Positions 21,725 to 34,739 of a DNA stretch of 47,254 nt are shown in pieces. Source of the DNA: Catajapyx aquilonaris (Eukaryota); the NCBI GenBank assembly GCA_000934665.2, contig KZ538792.1, forward strand, positions 1-47,254. The letters are read 5' to 3'. A program made the translations under genes and the position numbers. The notes below the pieces were generated by a model, which made no database searches, was not told where the DNA came from, and worked only from the letters and a program-made list of their open reading frames with translations. Position 1 is the first letter of the stretch. The number at the start of each line of letters is the position of its first letter.

Positions 21725-23026
21725 TCAGTTTCCCTCTGGGCTTGGTTTGTATTTCTTGACAGTTTCACCTTGGATCTTCTTATTCATCCACTTGGAGAGC
21801 TTCAGGCCGTTCATTGTAAGTCTCTTGGTAACGTCAGGCTCCAGAAGCTTTGCAACGAGGCTTCGGAAGGCAGGGCTCACTCGGTCATGAATTTGGCCAA
21901 ATGACCAGCTTCTTGCCAACTGGTCACCCCGGAACTTCTTGACATGAGTGTCATTGAATGGCATGCAGTAGCTCACCATTGCATATAAAACAACTCCCAG
22001 AGACCACATATCCGCTGCCTTGGGATCATATATGTAGGTATTTACCACTTCAGGGGCCACATATACAAATGTCCCACAAAAAGTCCGGCTTAGTGGCTCA
22101 CCCTCACCTGACGAGCAGTCACGAGCAAACCCAAAATTGGAAAGCTTGACTCTCCGATGCCTGAATACAAGAACATTCTCACACTTGATATCTCTGTAAT
22201 GTAAAATTGCACAATACTCTTTGTCACTGGCAATGCTTATTAAACATACCACTATATTGCCCATTGATTAGAGGCAACTCTTATGCAATGAGAAATGGCA
22301 AACATTAAGGAATAAGTAGCTCACCTATGAGCAATGCCAAGCTCATCATGAAGGTATCGCAATCCTGCAACAATTTGATGAAAAAAGATCATTGCATGCC
22401 CTTCCAGCAATCCTCCTTCTTCTGAGATTAAGTTAAAAAGATCCCCCTTTTCAGCATATTCCATAAATATGAAGAGATGATATCCTATTTCTACTATGGA
22501 GTGTGCTTGGACGACGTTGGGGTGTTCCAGCTTAGGGATCATCTCCACCTCTCGTGGTATGAACTTAGTGGTGAAGACAGGTGGGGCCATCTCAGTGAAG
22601 TATGTCTTGCACACCATGTGTTGAGGTAGTTCAACATCCGCCCAGTTCACCACCTTGTAATAAGTTACATAAAGGACGTAATCTTGGAAGACATAGCACC
22701 AGATAGTATATTTTAAAATGACTCATTTCTGCATCGCAATAACTCAGAATTAAACAGAGAAATACGCCTTTTTGTGTAATTATAGGGCTGCCACTGGGCC
22801 TCAATGGTTGTGAGAAAGGGCATGATTTTCTCAAATTTAGTGTTGATGTCTACTGCTGGCATGAACAGTTTTGATGAGAGTGGGCAAGAATAAGTCAAAT
22901 GTGTCATTGCTTCCTGGCACTGACCTTGTGTACCGCTGTGAAAACTCCTTGACTGATCCTCTTCCCAAAGGCGTAGCCTATCCTTTTTAGTTCCCTCACC
23001 TCATGCTTACTAAATCTCAAAGTCAT
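21725..23026 (-). CDS. Testis-specific serine/threonine kinase (TSSK, CAMK group)-like protein, 299 aa, with NFG in place of DFG
   Basis: Exons (minus): 23026-22925, 22653-22325, 22193-21725 (900 nt, open frame). Motifs: KFIPREVE (TSSK KFLPRE motif), HPNVV, FMEYAEKGDL, IAHRDIKCENVL, VKLSNFGFAR, LSRTFCGT..YVAPEV, YDPKAADMWSLGVVLY and MPFND. AATAAA lies on minus at 21713-21718. Confidence 0.88.
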
Positions 23027-25211
23027 CTCAGTAGATTTTGCATAAAATAATTTTTGAAACACACCAAATAAAAACAGGTGATTTTAACTGAACCTGGCTT
23101 ATATTCAGCTTGTTTACATATGACGATAATGGAGTTGTTGCTAGGAGGCACACATCCTGAGAGTTGCCAATGCCTACTTTACCAGGATGTTGAAAATACG
23201 GCCCTAACAGTAGGATGCTTTCGTATTGTATGGCTTCTTGTAAAGTGAGAACTTGAAGATCTTAACTTGTTAATTGTTTGAATGGGAAGGAGCAACGTAA
23301 CTGTGGCTATCGGGCTATTGGAGTAATATGGGTTTCAGCGGGGAAGCATGTGTTGATAACTGTTCACACATAAATCGGATCACATATCTGCAAATAACAT
23401 GTGGGAAAGGAGAGGCAGACATCCCGGTAACCATGTACAGGATCATATTTTAATGTCTGACTTGATAAATAACTTATGGCTTTTTCTATATACAACATGT
23501 AACGACCAGGTCACTCACAGATTGACAAAAAGTGCCTATGCTGCATAGTGATGGGAAAAAAAGGGGTACTGATGGCATCACTGTACAAGTCTAATTATAA
23601 GCTGCAAATCTGTTCCAAGCGACATTGAATAGGGAGTGTCTTTGCAGGGAATTGAATTGACCACGTGGTAAGCTGTACACTAATTAGCTCAAGTAAATGG
23701 AAATCATCACCCTGCTTGTCATTCGTGTACAATTCATTGACCTGTTTAAAAATTCTTCTCCTTCCAACCAGACTGTGTCACAGTGGAACAGAAGTAAAAA
23801 GGGGGCAAGCTCGTTGGATAATACCTGCCTTATTCATTTCATTAGTCTTAACAATGGTAGAGAACAGTAAAAAAGTCTGTTGAGAAAGGCTTCCAACAAA
23901 TGCAAAACAGAGACAGGTCGAGGCAAAAACTGACATTGGTGACAAATGTAAGGCACAAGTCAACATGACAAAGATTACCAGGGGAAGGAAACCAGAAGAG
24001 TACATGGTATGGCATATTCTCTTGCATCTCTTAGACAACAAGAAATTTGAATAGCTTTGCACTTCCATCTGCTCTGCAAGGAATTGAGGCAAAGCTCATC
24101 GGCAGTGGAACCCAAAGATGGAGGGATTCAATCTTGCGCTTGCGCATCTGGCATCTCTAGGCTGGCATGCTTAATTATCTTAGTTGCTTATCCTTTCCAC
24201 TTACAGTTAGTTCACAAAAGGCTGTCAACCTGTACCTGCAATATTTTAGATGGTATAATTTGCACCTTTCATTCACACCCTGAATTCCGATAGCATGATT
24301 TCGTGACAGTGAAGCGTGTAAGAAATGTAAAATAAAGCATTTACATAAGTTGTATGTGGTCACTTTTAACAATAAAAATGAGTGAAAATGCTTTCGCATT
24401 GTCAAGAGGTCTGAAATTGGTCCGTATCTCCAGCAACATTAGTCCACACGTAACCCCTCCTATTCAGTGAACACATTTCTGCTGCTGTTGTGAAACTTCA
24501 GAGTATTACCTTACGTCACATTTCAAGCATTGCAGTAAACCACAAGCAATCAGTTTAATGGCTTCAGCTCTAGTTCGAGACTTGGTACTTTCCTAATGAA
24601 ACCATTTTCCATCTGTTTCCATTTATGTGGTTGTCAGTCTGCAAGAGTTTGAGCATAACTCCGCCTCAGTGAGCGACAAGAACAATGCTGACACTGATTG
24701 ACACTATGCAACTTGAAACAGAACTTAGAGGGATCCAAATAGAGAAAAGAAACTTGCTCATTTCATGCCAACAACTGACACTCGTTAGAATGAGGCAAAA
24801 GTGCTACCAGCTAGCCAAAATCAACAGCCTCTTTGCAGTGCTGTAATTGCTACAGTGTGCAACAGTATTGCTGAACAAGCGAGCTGCTAACCCTTGCAAC
24901 ACTATTTCCAGGAGTGGTTCACTAGGTCAGGTTGAGTCTAGAGTAAAAGAAATGGCAAAAAAAATTGTCGGGTTCAGTTCACCTGTGGGCTCAACTTTGA
25001 GCCTGTCAGCACTGTTTAGTTCCTGAGACAAGAATCACTCAGAACAGTTGCTTATTGTTTTATTCACACAATGGCCCACCAGGTTTATGTCTTTGTATCT
25101 GAAAACAGAAGTCATTACAGGTGATTAATTGCAGGCAAATTATTAGAATTATCATATACGTAGCATTGAAACGATGGTAATTACAGTTTGGCCCCAGTCA
25201 ATGAGGTGAGA

Positions 25212-28200
25212 TCACTGCATTTGCTGCAAGCCACCATTGTAGGCGTAGTCAGCTTTGTTGTGCATAATTAACTTGCTGTCCACAAAATAAAAGCTGTCCG
25301 ACCTCGTTTCGAATGCATGCTTGATCATCTCTTCCGCTGGAAATGACAGAATCCATTATTACCATGCCTTTCTACACTTGCACAATGGGTGAACGATAGC
25401 GAACTCACTCAATTCTGGGCCGAGAGAGGGAAACTCATAGATGTGCTCGCAGGTGTTTTTGCTGTTAGGGATGCAGAACCCAAATTCAAAGTCAAAGCTC
25501 TTGAGAAGCTTGTCCCGGAAGAAGTGCCGCTCAATCATCCGGAAGTTGTTCACTGCTTTGTTTCCCACAGTAAACTCCACTCTGCACATCCACAAAATTA
25601 GAACTCAAGAACAATGGCTGAATCCAGGGTTACTCTACTTACGTGGCTCCAACAGTCTTCAACTTGAGAAACTGCGGTGTGAACTGGTATCTGACAAATC
25701 GGCCTGCATTAGGATCTGCATCCTCAGAGTCAGGGTCAATATCTTCTTCCTCTGATTCTACAATAAAATGTATGATCAGTACACATTTCATCCTGAGAGT
25801 ACCGCAACCAACCAGATTGCCTACCACCCAGGATACCACCTTCTTCCCCCAAAAATTGATTTTGCACGCTCCCTGAGCAAACTGACTAGGTCCAATTTGC
25901 ATAAATCGCTTGATGCATAACCTCCAAAAACTTCTCCATTTTTGGGGGTGTCCTGAACAAGAAATCGATGCAAGCTGGATGGAGAGCGTCCATTTGATTT
26001 ATCCCCAGAGCAGTTGTGCGCCGAGAAAAAAGGATTTGAACCAGACCCCCCCATTGGGAATGTGGTGGAAGGATTTAAGCCCAGTTTTGAAACCGGCCCC
26101 AAATAGGTTAACACCGGAGGCCTCCGGATCGAAAGAGATTACTGGCTGACAAGGAGCGAACAGACAAAAAAATGATGCAAAAATGGACTACGCCCGCTGG
26201 CAAAATACTGTATAAATAAAAATGTGCTTTTGTGTGTGTCGGCTTTGTATTTCTATTCTTTTTTTCTCTTTCTCTCTGTTAACCCTTTTGTCCTGGAGCG
26301 ACATTTCTGGCGATGACACAAAAGACACCGAATTCATTTTCCCTTTTCAATGCCCCAGCCGTCAGAAAGTGTCGCATCCACGGCTCACATCCTCAGGCCA
26401 AAAAGCGTGAATTGGTTTTCCCCAAGTCACACTGCCATGAAAAAAGACCCCTGTTTTTTTAAATATATGAAAACCATGGGCATACCTGTAGGCGGTGGTG
26501 GTGGTTTGGCGATCTCAAAAAGAACAGTTCCGGACTCCATATCACGAATTTTGAACCTGGTGAAGTCGATGTCGTACACATTGGCCTCTGGAGAGCATAG
26601 GTACTCTGAAATAATAAAATGACATGAAGACATATAATCCAATGAGCATGTTCGCATCGCCCTACATCATACATAGTGTACCCTCTTAAAAATCAATCTG
26701 ATATCGGAAGGTATGACTCGCTCTGCGCCAATCAATCGATAAAATTCCCCCTTTTCCAACCGCAACTGTCGTTACAAAAATACCAACCGCAATTTTGACC
26801 CATAATTCACTTGCAAAAAAAAATAATCGCTGTTAAATCCTCTATCATACGAGTCATTAGCACCTGCTCACCATCAGACGACCACTTTTGTCATTCGAGC
26901 TTACGGAAATGAGACTGGCTCCCACCAAAATGATGGATGGGATATGTTTGTGCGGGCGGACACCGCGCAGAATACATAAACCCGGGGCAAAAAAAAAACC
27001 CATCGGTGAGATGTGCCCTCGGAATTATTCATGGGCTCCTGTCTCCCCCCTCAAAAGGAGCCTCTGAAGTGAAAATATCCCCATCCATTAGAAACTGCAA
27101 CTTTTGTCCTCTGTCCAACATTTTCCCTGCAGACATAAGTGCAAAAATTGATTGCAAAAATCTGGCTCCAGAATCTCTGCAGGCTTCGTTATAGGAGGCT
27201 GCCGTCTCCTGCAAATTGTATCAAGTCCGCGCATGAGAAGACTCCCATATTTCTTCCGTTACCTTCGAGGGGTCCTCTGACAGCCAACTTAATGTTATAA
27301 GCAGAATTTTTGTATGCAATGACTTGACCTAACCCAGGTCACCTCGGCAACAAGAGGGGGTGGGATTGGGGTGTACTAACCCCATATTCAACCTTGAATG
27401 GATTTCTTTTTCGTGGGCTTCTGGGTGGGTAGTTCGTGCAACATGGACGACGCGCTTCGAGGAATGTACGGAAATCGATATCGAGGGGGTCGGGTACAAT
27501 AGGAACCCTTGTTACCAAGATGGCAGGAATTCGCTTTATAGTCAGTCCATCCTTGCCCTTGGTTGCAAAAACCTACCGCCCTTAAAATTGACAAACCCTC
27601 ATTGATTTTTCTAGTGTCTAACATTGACCATATGTGATGATCCCACATGGTACACACGTAATTCCAGTCAGCAATGATGCACGCAATAGGTCAATTTCGC
27701 CAGAAAAAAACGAGGTTATAAGTCGTCATTTTCGGAGAAACGCTTCTCACGTCCCTGATGGACGGTCTAAAGGACATTACTAGCTTTAGGCATGAAGGAG
27801 CTGCTTGTTTTTCTGCTTATTATCCAAGAGTCGCGACCGTCAACACGCAAACGGTGTGTTTCGTGCCAGTCAAATGATTACCTCCTAAACGTCGTGGTTC
27901 CTTCCAAAGTCATTCGCTCGTCCTATACCAAGAATAAGTTTATTGCCCTACGACGCAATAGGTCGAGTGAATAAATAACCTCCAAAATATGCGTTGTTTT
28001 TTTGGCATGTGATGATAATGACTAATGGGCCCAAGTCGCTGTATACACATCTGTGGACGAAATTTACGACGAATATACTGTCGTGATGCGACATTGTAAG
28101 ACTATTGACTTCGTGTTCCCCCGTTACAGTATCATGTGGGCATCACATGCTCATAATCGTGCAAGGCACCTATGGAATTTCATAACACTTTACATAATGC

Positions 28201-31200
28201 CCGTGATATCTGAATGCCCAACATTCAAACAATATATCATGCATTATCAAGATTCACTAGTCAGCTGCTAGACTCATCAATACATATGCGTCAGTAGAAA
28301 ACCCAGCTCTTTCAATCCATATCACCTGTCCAAAAGCATGAATTAAGTTCATTCTCCACGCCCTGTACAGTCCATCGATTGAATACTTGAGTGACCATAT
28401 GGGGGCCCCAACACTTACCCAATTGTTGCCAGGCAACCCAACTCCAAAATGTATCCCCCCAAAAACTCCTTATTTACATATTTTGAACCCCAAGATCAAT
28501 CCTTCTGACGTTGTCTTTCATAACCACAATCGTCCGGCCCTGACGTCACCTCAACGTGGGTGGCAGTAATAGCCATCCCCTAGAGCCCGCTCTTTTGATC
28601 TCCATTGTAAATATAGTGCACACAAAAAAAGAAGCACAACCGGCATTGTGTGTTCCGCCGGCCACCTATCGATCCTGGAAACCCCTTTTCGAGGGAGCCT
28701 AGCCGACTCCATATAGGGTGCTCCCTGTCCTATATATAGAACCAGACAGATCCAGCATATTTCAGATAATTAAAATATACTCTAATATTTCCCCCCCTTA
28801 GTTTCATGGCCGTGGTTCGAAGGACAGTATACTTCAAGGTGATACAACTGCAGCAAGAATCAAGGTGCCCCACTCAACTTCCTTCCCCCCGTCACTTTAT
28901 TGATTGGCCTGGGGACTTGTTTATAGCCTCGCCCCCGCCAACTATTTCTCCAGCCATTAGACAATCGGATAAAATAGTTACTTGGCTACATTCCGCAAAA
29001 ATGGTGAAAGTCCGCTATTGTCACCATCAAGAAGGATGGGTCCGGAATCTTCCTGGAGAAAATGGGTAATTGGTATTGTGTCACAGGTGCCGAAGCGCAA
29101 CAATAGCATTGTGTGTACACGCACCCATGCATTCAGATCAGATCAGCCCCACCTATAGAGAAAGGAGGTAGTTTTCTCAACCCAAGGGCGCAAAAATAAG
29201 GAAGACTTCTTCCCTGTCTCAAAGTGCAACTTTTCCCAGCTGATACTGTAATAAAGGAGTCAGCTGGATGCTGCACCAAGTTAGACGGCCCAATCTGCCT
29301 GCCTCCAAATGGGCCACTGGGCCAATCGATACGAATCGCCCTACTTTTAGCTCACTCCTAGATCCCACCACATGACCTATTTCCCCCCCCCCCCCNCCCC
29401 CCCCCCCCCTACGCATAGAGCATCCTAACGCATATACATGGGATGAGTTGCCTACCAGCAGGGGTCAGCATCCCTTCAAATATTTATTTTTAAAAAGAGG
29501 GGGTTATTCATATACTGAATATCAAGTGGATGGAAATACCAGCCTATTAAGATGCTATAGCCCCCTAGAGAGCGCAGATTGTCTATCATGCAAAGTGCGA
29601 CTTAATCGTACCATGCCAGGCCATTAGCACGTACTTTCAATACTATCGCCCGACACGCCTCAGAGGCTGGGTCTGACATGAATATTGAACCACATGGCAT
29701 ATTATTAACTCATGGCCTGTTCAAAGAATTGGTTACAAAAATAAGGCTTCTGATTTGAAAGATAGGATCCAGTGCATCATTGTGTGAACTTGGTATTTTT
29801 CAACCAGGTTATCAGAGTGTATCGCGTGACGTCAAACCCCCCTGATTGTGACCAAAAAAAAACCTTACGAATAAGGTGGCGACACGTGCATATTCGGCCT
29901 AATCGCATGCAATCATGCGCCCGGATGCAACAAAAATGCGCCTATTAACGACGGGTGAAAAGGATCGGCTAATTGCGATTGTGACGCCAGCTTTGGTAAT
30001 TACTAGAGCACGTCGTGTCATTGCGCAGGAAATAACAACCACAGGCCACTGGGACAGAACCGCCTTGCTTTCTCTCCACCCATTATATTTATTAATACCG
30101 AATCCCTGGCAGGATGGAGTGTGGAAATGGTCGTTATACCATCAGTCTGCAAAACGTGACCGTGACCTATGCACATTTTCTCCTTTTATTCGGGCACCAC
30201 TGTAATGATGTCTTCTTTGTAACCTGGCCCCATGCCGAGAATAGCAAAACGGAGACTATTCAAAGACACACAAAGGGAAGCTGGTGTAGGCAAATCTATG
30301 CTACTTACTCTCAGTGATTCTGGGAAGTCGCAGCACATCATCTGGAGAGATGAACTCTCTAGATAGCAGTATATCTTCTGTCACCGGATCTGCAACAACA
30401 AATTATGCAAATCAGTGAGGTTTTCATAAGTATGAGATAAATCAAACGGTGAATAAAATAATGTCTTCGGTCATTTCTTGGATGTTGCAATCACACCACA
30501 GGGCATTTTCTTTGATCACCTTGTTTACAAACAAACTGGTAGCAATGTCGACATTACATCCTGGGCGTCCTTCCCCGTATATGCGCAGCAGACTTCATCT
30601 TGGGGATGTCTTTTGATCACGGTACGAGCCGGAAACATCGCAATCCTCATGTCCCTCGAGAAAGTGGGGGTCCGTCCGATGGAACATTTTCTTTTGATCT
30701 TTCTTGGCACCCCGCACTCTCCAAATTGATTCCCAAGCCCGGAGGTTCTCTTCCAAGGTTTTCTCATCTCAAAACCTAATTACCTTGATCAATTCGGGGC
30801 CATTTTCGCTGCCACATTAATATGTGGGAAAAGAGGCGGTCCTCCCTGGGGCCCTTCAAGCCCGTCTTAACAGCTCTTCTCAACACTTCTGTTAATTGAA
30901 CTTTCCCTATATACCTGCCTGTTTCTTTGAAATCATTACCTGGCATCTTGTTTCACCTGGAATCCACCAACTGATCGATCTCTCTGTTGGAAATAATTCA
31001 TGGCGATGTCCCAACTGCTGCTTTGTGCATTTGTAATGCACCAGTGGCCTACAGCCATTCCGAAGCGGTGTTAAAAATTTAAGAGCCCATCACCGCGTCG
31101 ACCCCGTTAGTACAAGCCCTCGATATTCTGCATATACACAACACCAGTTTTTGGGGAGTGTGTATAGTGAACGTTGCCCCATTGAAGGAAGTGACCCTGT

Positions 31201-32758
31201 CTGGACGAGGTCGCCATGTGACCTTGTCCTGGGCGCCCAATGAGGCTAATTCGGCCAAGGGCATGCTTAGCAACGGCTTGGCGGCAAGCTCAATTAAATA
31301 GTAACGCCGGGACGGGGACAATGAAAAGTGAAGTGTGTCCGGAAGATCGATTCGGACAGTAGCATATGCTACTTCTAATATTCTTGGCCAGGTGGACACT
31401 TGGGCCGTATAACATTCGTCCGGTTCTTATTGGACGGGGCAACAATACTCAAGTGCCTAAATGTCATCTTTGTGAACAACTTATGGGGCCATAAAGCGCC
31501 GGCCCCAAACCCCAGGCTTTTCCTTAGTAGTCTCACATATATTGTAGCTCTGCTCTTCATGATGGTCGTAAATAACCCTGGCTCTTCCTTATTGTTGCCA
31601 GTGTAATCCTGACAATAGTTTCCCGTCTTTTTGAGGCACATTATACAGGAGTTGTTGCAATGAAGCCCCTTTCATGACTACATTAGTTGTTAACTTTAAT
31701 AACTTCAGTGTGTACCAGCTGGCAACATAAATATAGTATACTATCTTCATAAATACTGCCAACTCGATACCTCCTGTATGCCCTATCGGTTTTAATAAAA
31801 CAAATATTGACAGTAGAGTCCTGATAATGTGTACACTACATGCCGACAAAACCACCATGAAGTGAATTCAATGAACCATTGCAAATGTGCTCCCACCAAA
31901 TTTTTTTACTTTTAAATAATAATAGATTGCCTTATTGTGAAGCAGAACCTAGCATTACTACAAAATTAATGGCTTGTAAGCAAGTGTAGGAAATTTGAAT
32001 GCTTCAGTGACTCTCGTTTTTGCTAATCAAGTGGTGTATAAACCATATCTTTCATAGGGCTGGCACCAAATGGCTAAAAGAACACCTCAGGATTACAAAA
32101 GCATAAAGACCAATAGAATAAAAAATTGATCCATATACTGTACAAAGTTCCAATATTTGGCACTGAACATCGGACAAATAGTCTTGAGAAAGAAACTTTT
32201 AATGATCCGTAACTTTGCTTTCAAAGTTTGGAGACACCTCCCACTGCTCTTCTTCCCACATTTTGATTACCACAGGCAATATCCAAGCCATCAACTAAAC
32301 TTGTACAGTTCCCCCGATTCTAAAACAACAGTAGTGCAGTAACCGGCTACAATTTATTTCTTCCAAATGGAGGAAATGTCACTTAAAGTCCCCATCATTT
32401 TTATGTTCATCTGTGTTGGATGACTGTCAAAGTATTTTGCAACAACTATAAATGACAAGAAATATGCAATTATACAGAACTATCCCCTTACACTCTTGCA
32501 ACATAACATGTCCTGACATATCACAATAACATTGCCACAGTTTGTTCTATTTCGACTGTGCGCTACACAATTCGAACGGTTTTTTTCACTCGGATCATCG
32601 ACACTAACGGTTATAGCTAGTGATCAAAATATCAACAGAGCAGATATACCTATGGAATGCTGACCTGGATCGAGCATGGTCTGGTCCTTCCTGGACTTGG
32701 CTTGTCGGAAGCCCGCATTGGTGAACAAGTTGCCGTTCTTCTTGCTCACCACACTCAT
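25212..32758 (-). CDS. unc-119: UNC-119 homolog (myristoyl-protein chaperone, PDE-delta fold), about 235 aa
   Basis: Exons (minus): 32758-32665 (MSVVSKK...), 30389-30309, 26605-26486, 25757-25643, 25581-25409, 25336-25212, all phase-consistent. Motifs: [93 protein letters not shown] and [24 protein letters not shown]. The first exon is less certain than the rest. Confidence 0.95.
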
Positions 32759-34739
32759 AGCTAGGCAGACAGAGTCCTCCTCGTCGACTAGTGTCGGTCA
32801 CTGAACGTGTGACAGCTGCTCGCAATACGTCACCGACGTCGCTTAGGCACACCGCACCAACTGACCCGGGCAGCCGAGGATCTGCCTCCTCATCGCCGCC
32901 TCCGGGGCGTCAGCAATCGGGCAGGGCGCGATAGCCGTCGAGACCGGACCGCAGTCGAACAAACTCAATCCCTCTCAGACGCCAAGCACCAACTGAATTC
33001 GGCATCGACGAATAGGAGGGCGGCTGCTGTTTGGACGCATTCCTACCCACAGACTCGCGGACAGACAAAGCATCGGGCGCGTTCCTACTCGCGTCACTGA
33101 ACCAAACAATACGTCTCACCACCGCTAGACGGCGCCACCAACTGGGTATAATAATGTAAACATGGTCTTCAAAGACCCGACATGGCCTTTTAAGACCATG
33201 TTTACATACAGGTATGTAATAAAGTGTTTCGCGAACAAAAGACTGGAGATTGTAAATGAAACGAGAGTACTTGTTAAGCACCTCATTTGTACATCGTAAA
33301 TCACTTTATTCTCTGAAGAAACAATCTTTCTGGTCTCACAGAGGCCAATATTCCCCGTACCCATTAACACTTAATAACAATTGGCAAATCATCAGGGGGG
33401 GAAAAAAAGGAAGATGAAACTGCCACTCAATAATTGAAGATGTAACAGAGTTCACGTAAGAGAATGAATCCCGATTGAAAATTTACTGCTCTGCAGGAAG
33501 TAATGGAGGTCAGAAAAGATAAGGAAAGGAAGGAAGAGGAGAGAGAATCCCTAAGACAACTCCACTAAATCACCAAACAATACAACGCATCTCAAAATTG
33601 CACAGGAACATAAAGCACTTAAAAAATGGCCATCACATCCATTTAAAAAAGTTCCCTGCGACGAATTCTTATTGATAGGCAGGCTCCCGCGTTGGGAGAC
33701 TGCCAAAAACAGCCGCTTTTAACATTATTCTCAAGGCAAAAAACCCATCCCTTTTAGGTGATTATTTGTCACAGTTGTGCCAACATTTTTCATGCTTTAT
33801 TGCACAGAGAGGGAGGGTCAGGAGGGGGCAAAATATAAATGAGATTAACTAACCCTTACAGGGTGCTATTTTCGCCGCTGTGAAATCTTCCTCGCTCTGG
33901 ACACTCCTTGGCATTTTAAAATTTTCCGATTGCCATTCTTTCACTATGGCCCACTAGTTACTACCGCCACTATCTAGTGTAGTAACTCGCCACACATTTA
34001 CACAAAATAGTAACATTACATGGCATTGCCACTCATTCCCCCAACAAGTTTCTTATTGTGAAAAAAATTACTGGCCCACATTTTAAAACCAAGCCACTGT
34101 TGCAACCCCTTTTCTAAAGCATTCCAAAAAAGCGACAAACAGATGACAAACATTGTTATTGGATTTGAATTGTAGTAATGTTACACTGTACAGGTTACAA
34201 TTTATACAACTCCCTTTTTTCGTGATTCCCTCAACATGTGCACCAAGGAAGGGGAGAAGAAATAAATCACAAAAATTAAGAGGCTCAAAAAGGGCCGCTT
34301 CTGGTGTTTAAAAAAAAAGTTATTCAATTTCATATACAGTGAACCAAACAAATATGTAAGATTCAAATGATGCTAAGAAGCGAATCTGTGCATAGCTGTA
34401 CACTTGAGCGGCAAAAATGGGCACATGTTGACTGGGGGAAATTTAACGAGGGCAACAAATGAAGGAACGTTGATTAGCGGAGGACTAGCAATGTTTTATC
34501 TTTTTTTTGTGTGTACTTTCCTTATTGAAAGTGGAGCCCCTTGTTCTTTTTGCTTCAGTCTTGCACTGAGCAGAATTAAGGCGAGAAACAATGCACTTAT
34601 CTCTCGTTTCAAAAGCTTTCCCATTCCCCAACCCTTTGTCTCGTCTGGAACAAATAAATCCACCCCATCTCTGTGGTGGTAAGAGACAAGACTGTGGAGG
34701 AAAAAAATGGGAAAGGAAGTCAATTCATTGCTGGAGGCC

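Noticed and set aside
30525..30767. 80-aa ATG ORF in UNC119 intron 1
   Set aside because: No recognisable homology and no convincing phase-1 donor linking it to exon 2.
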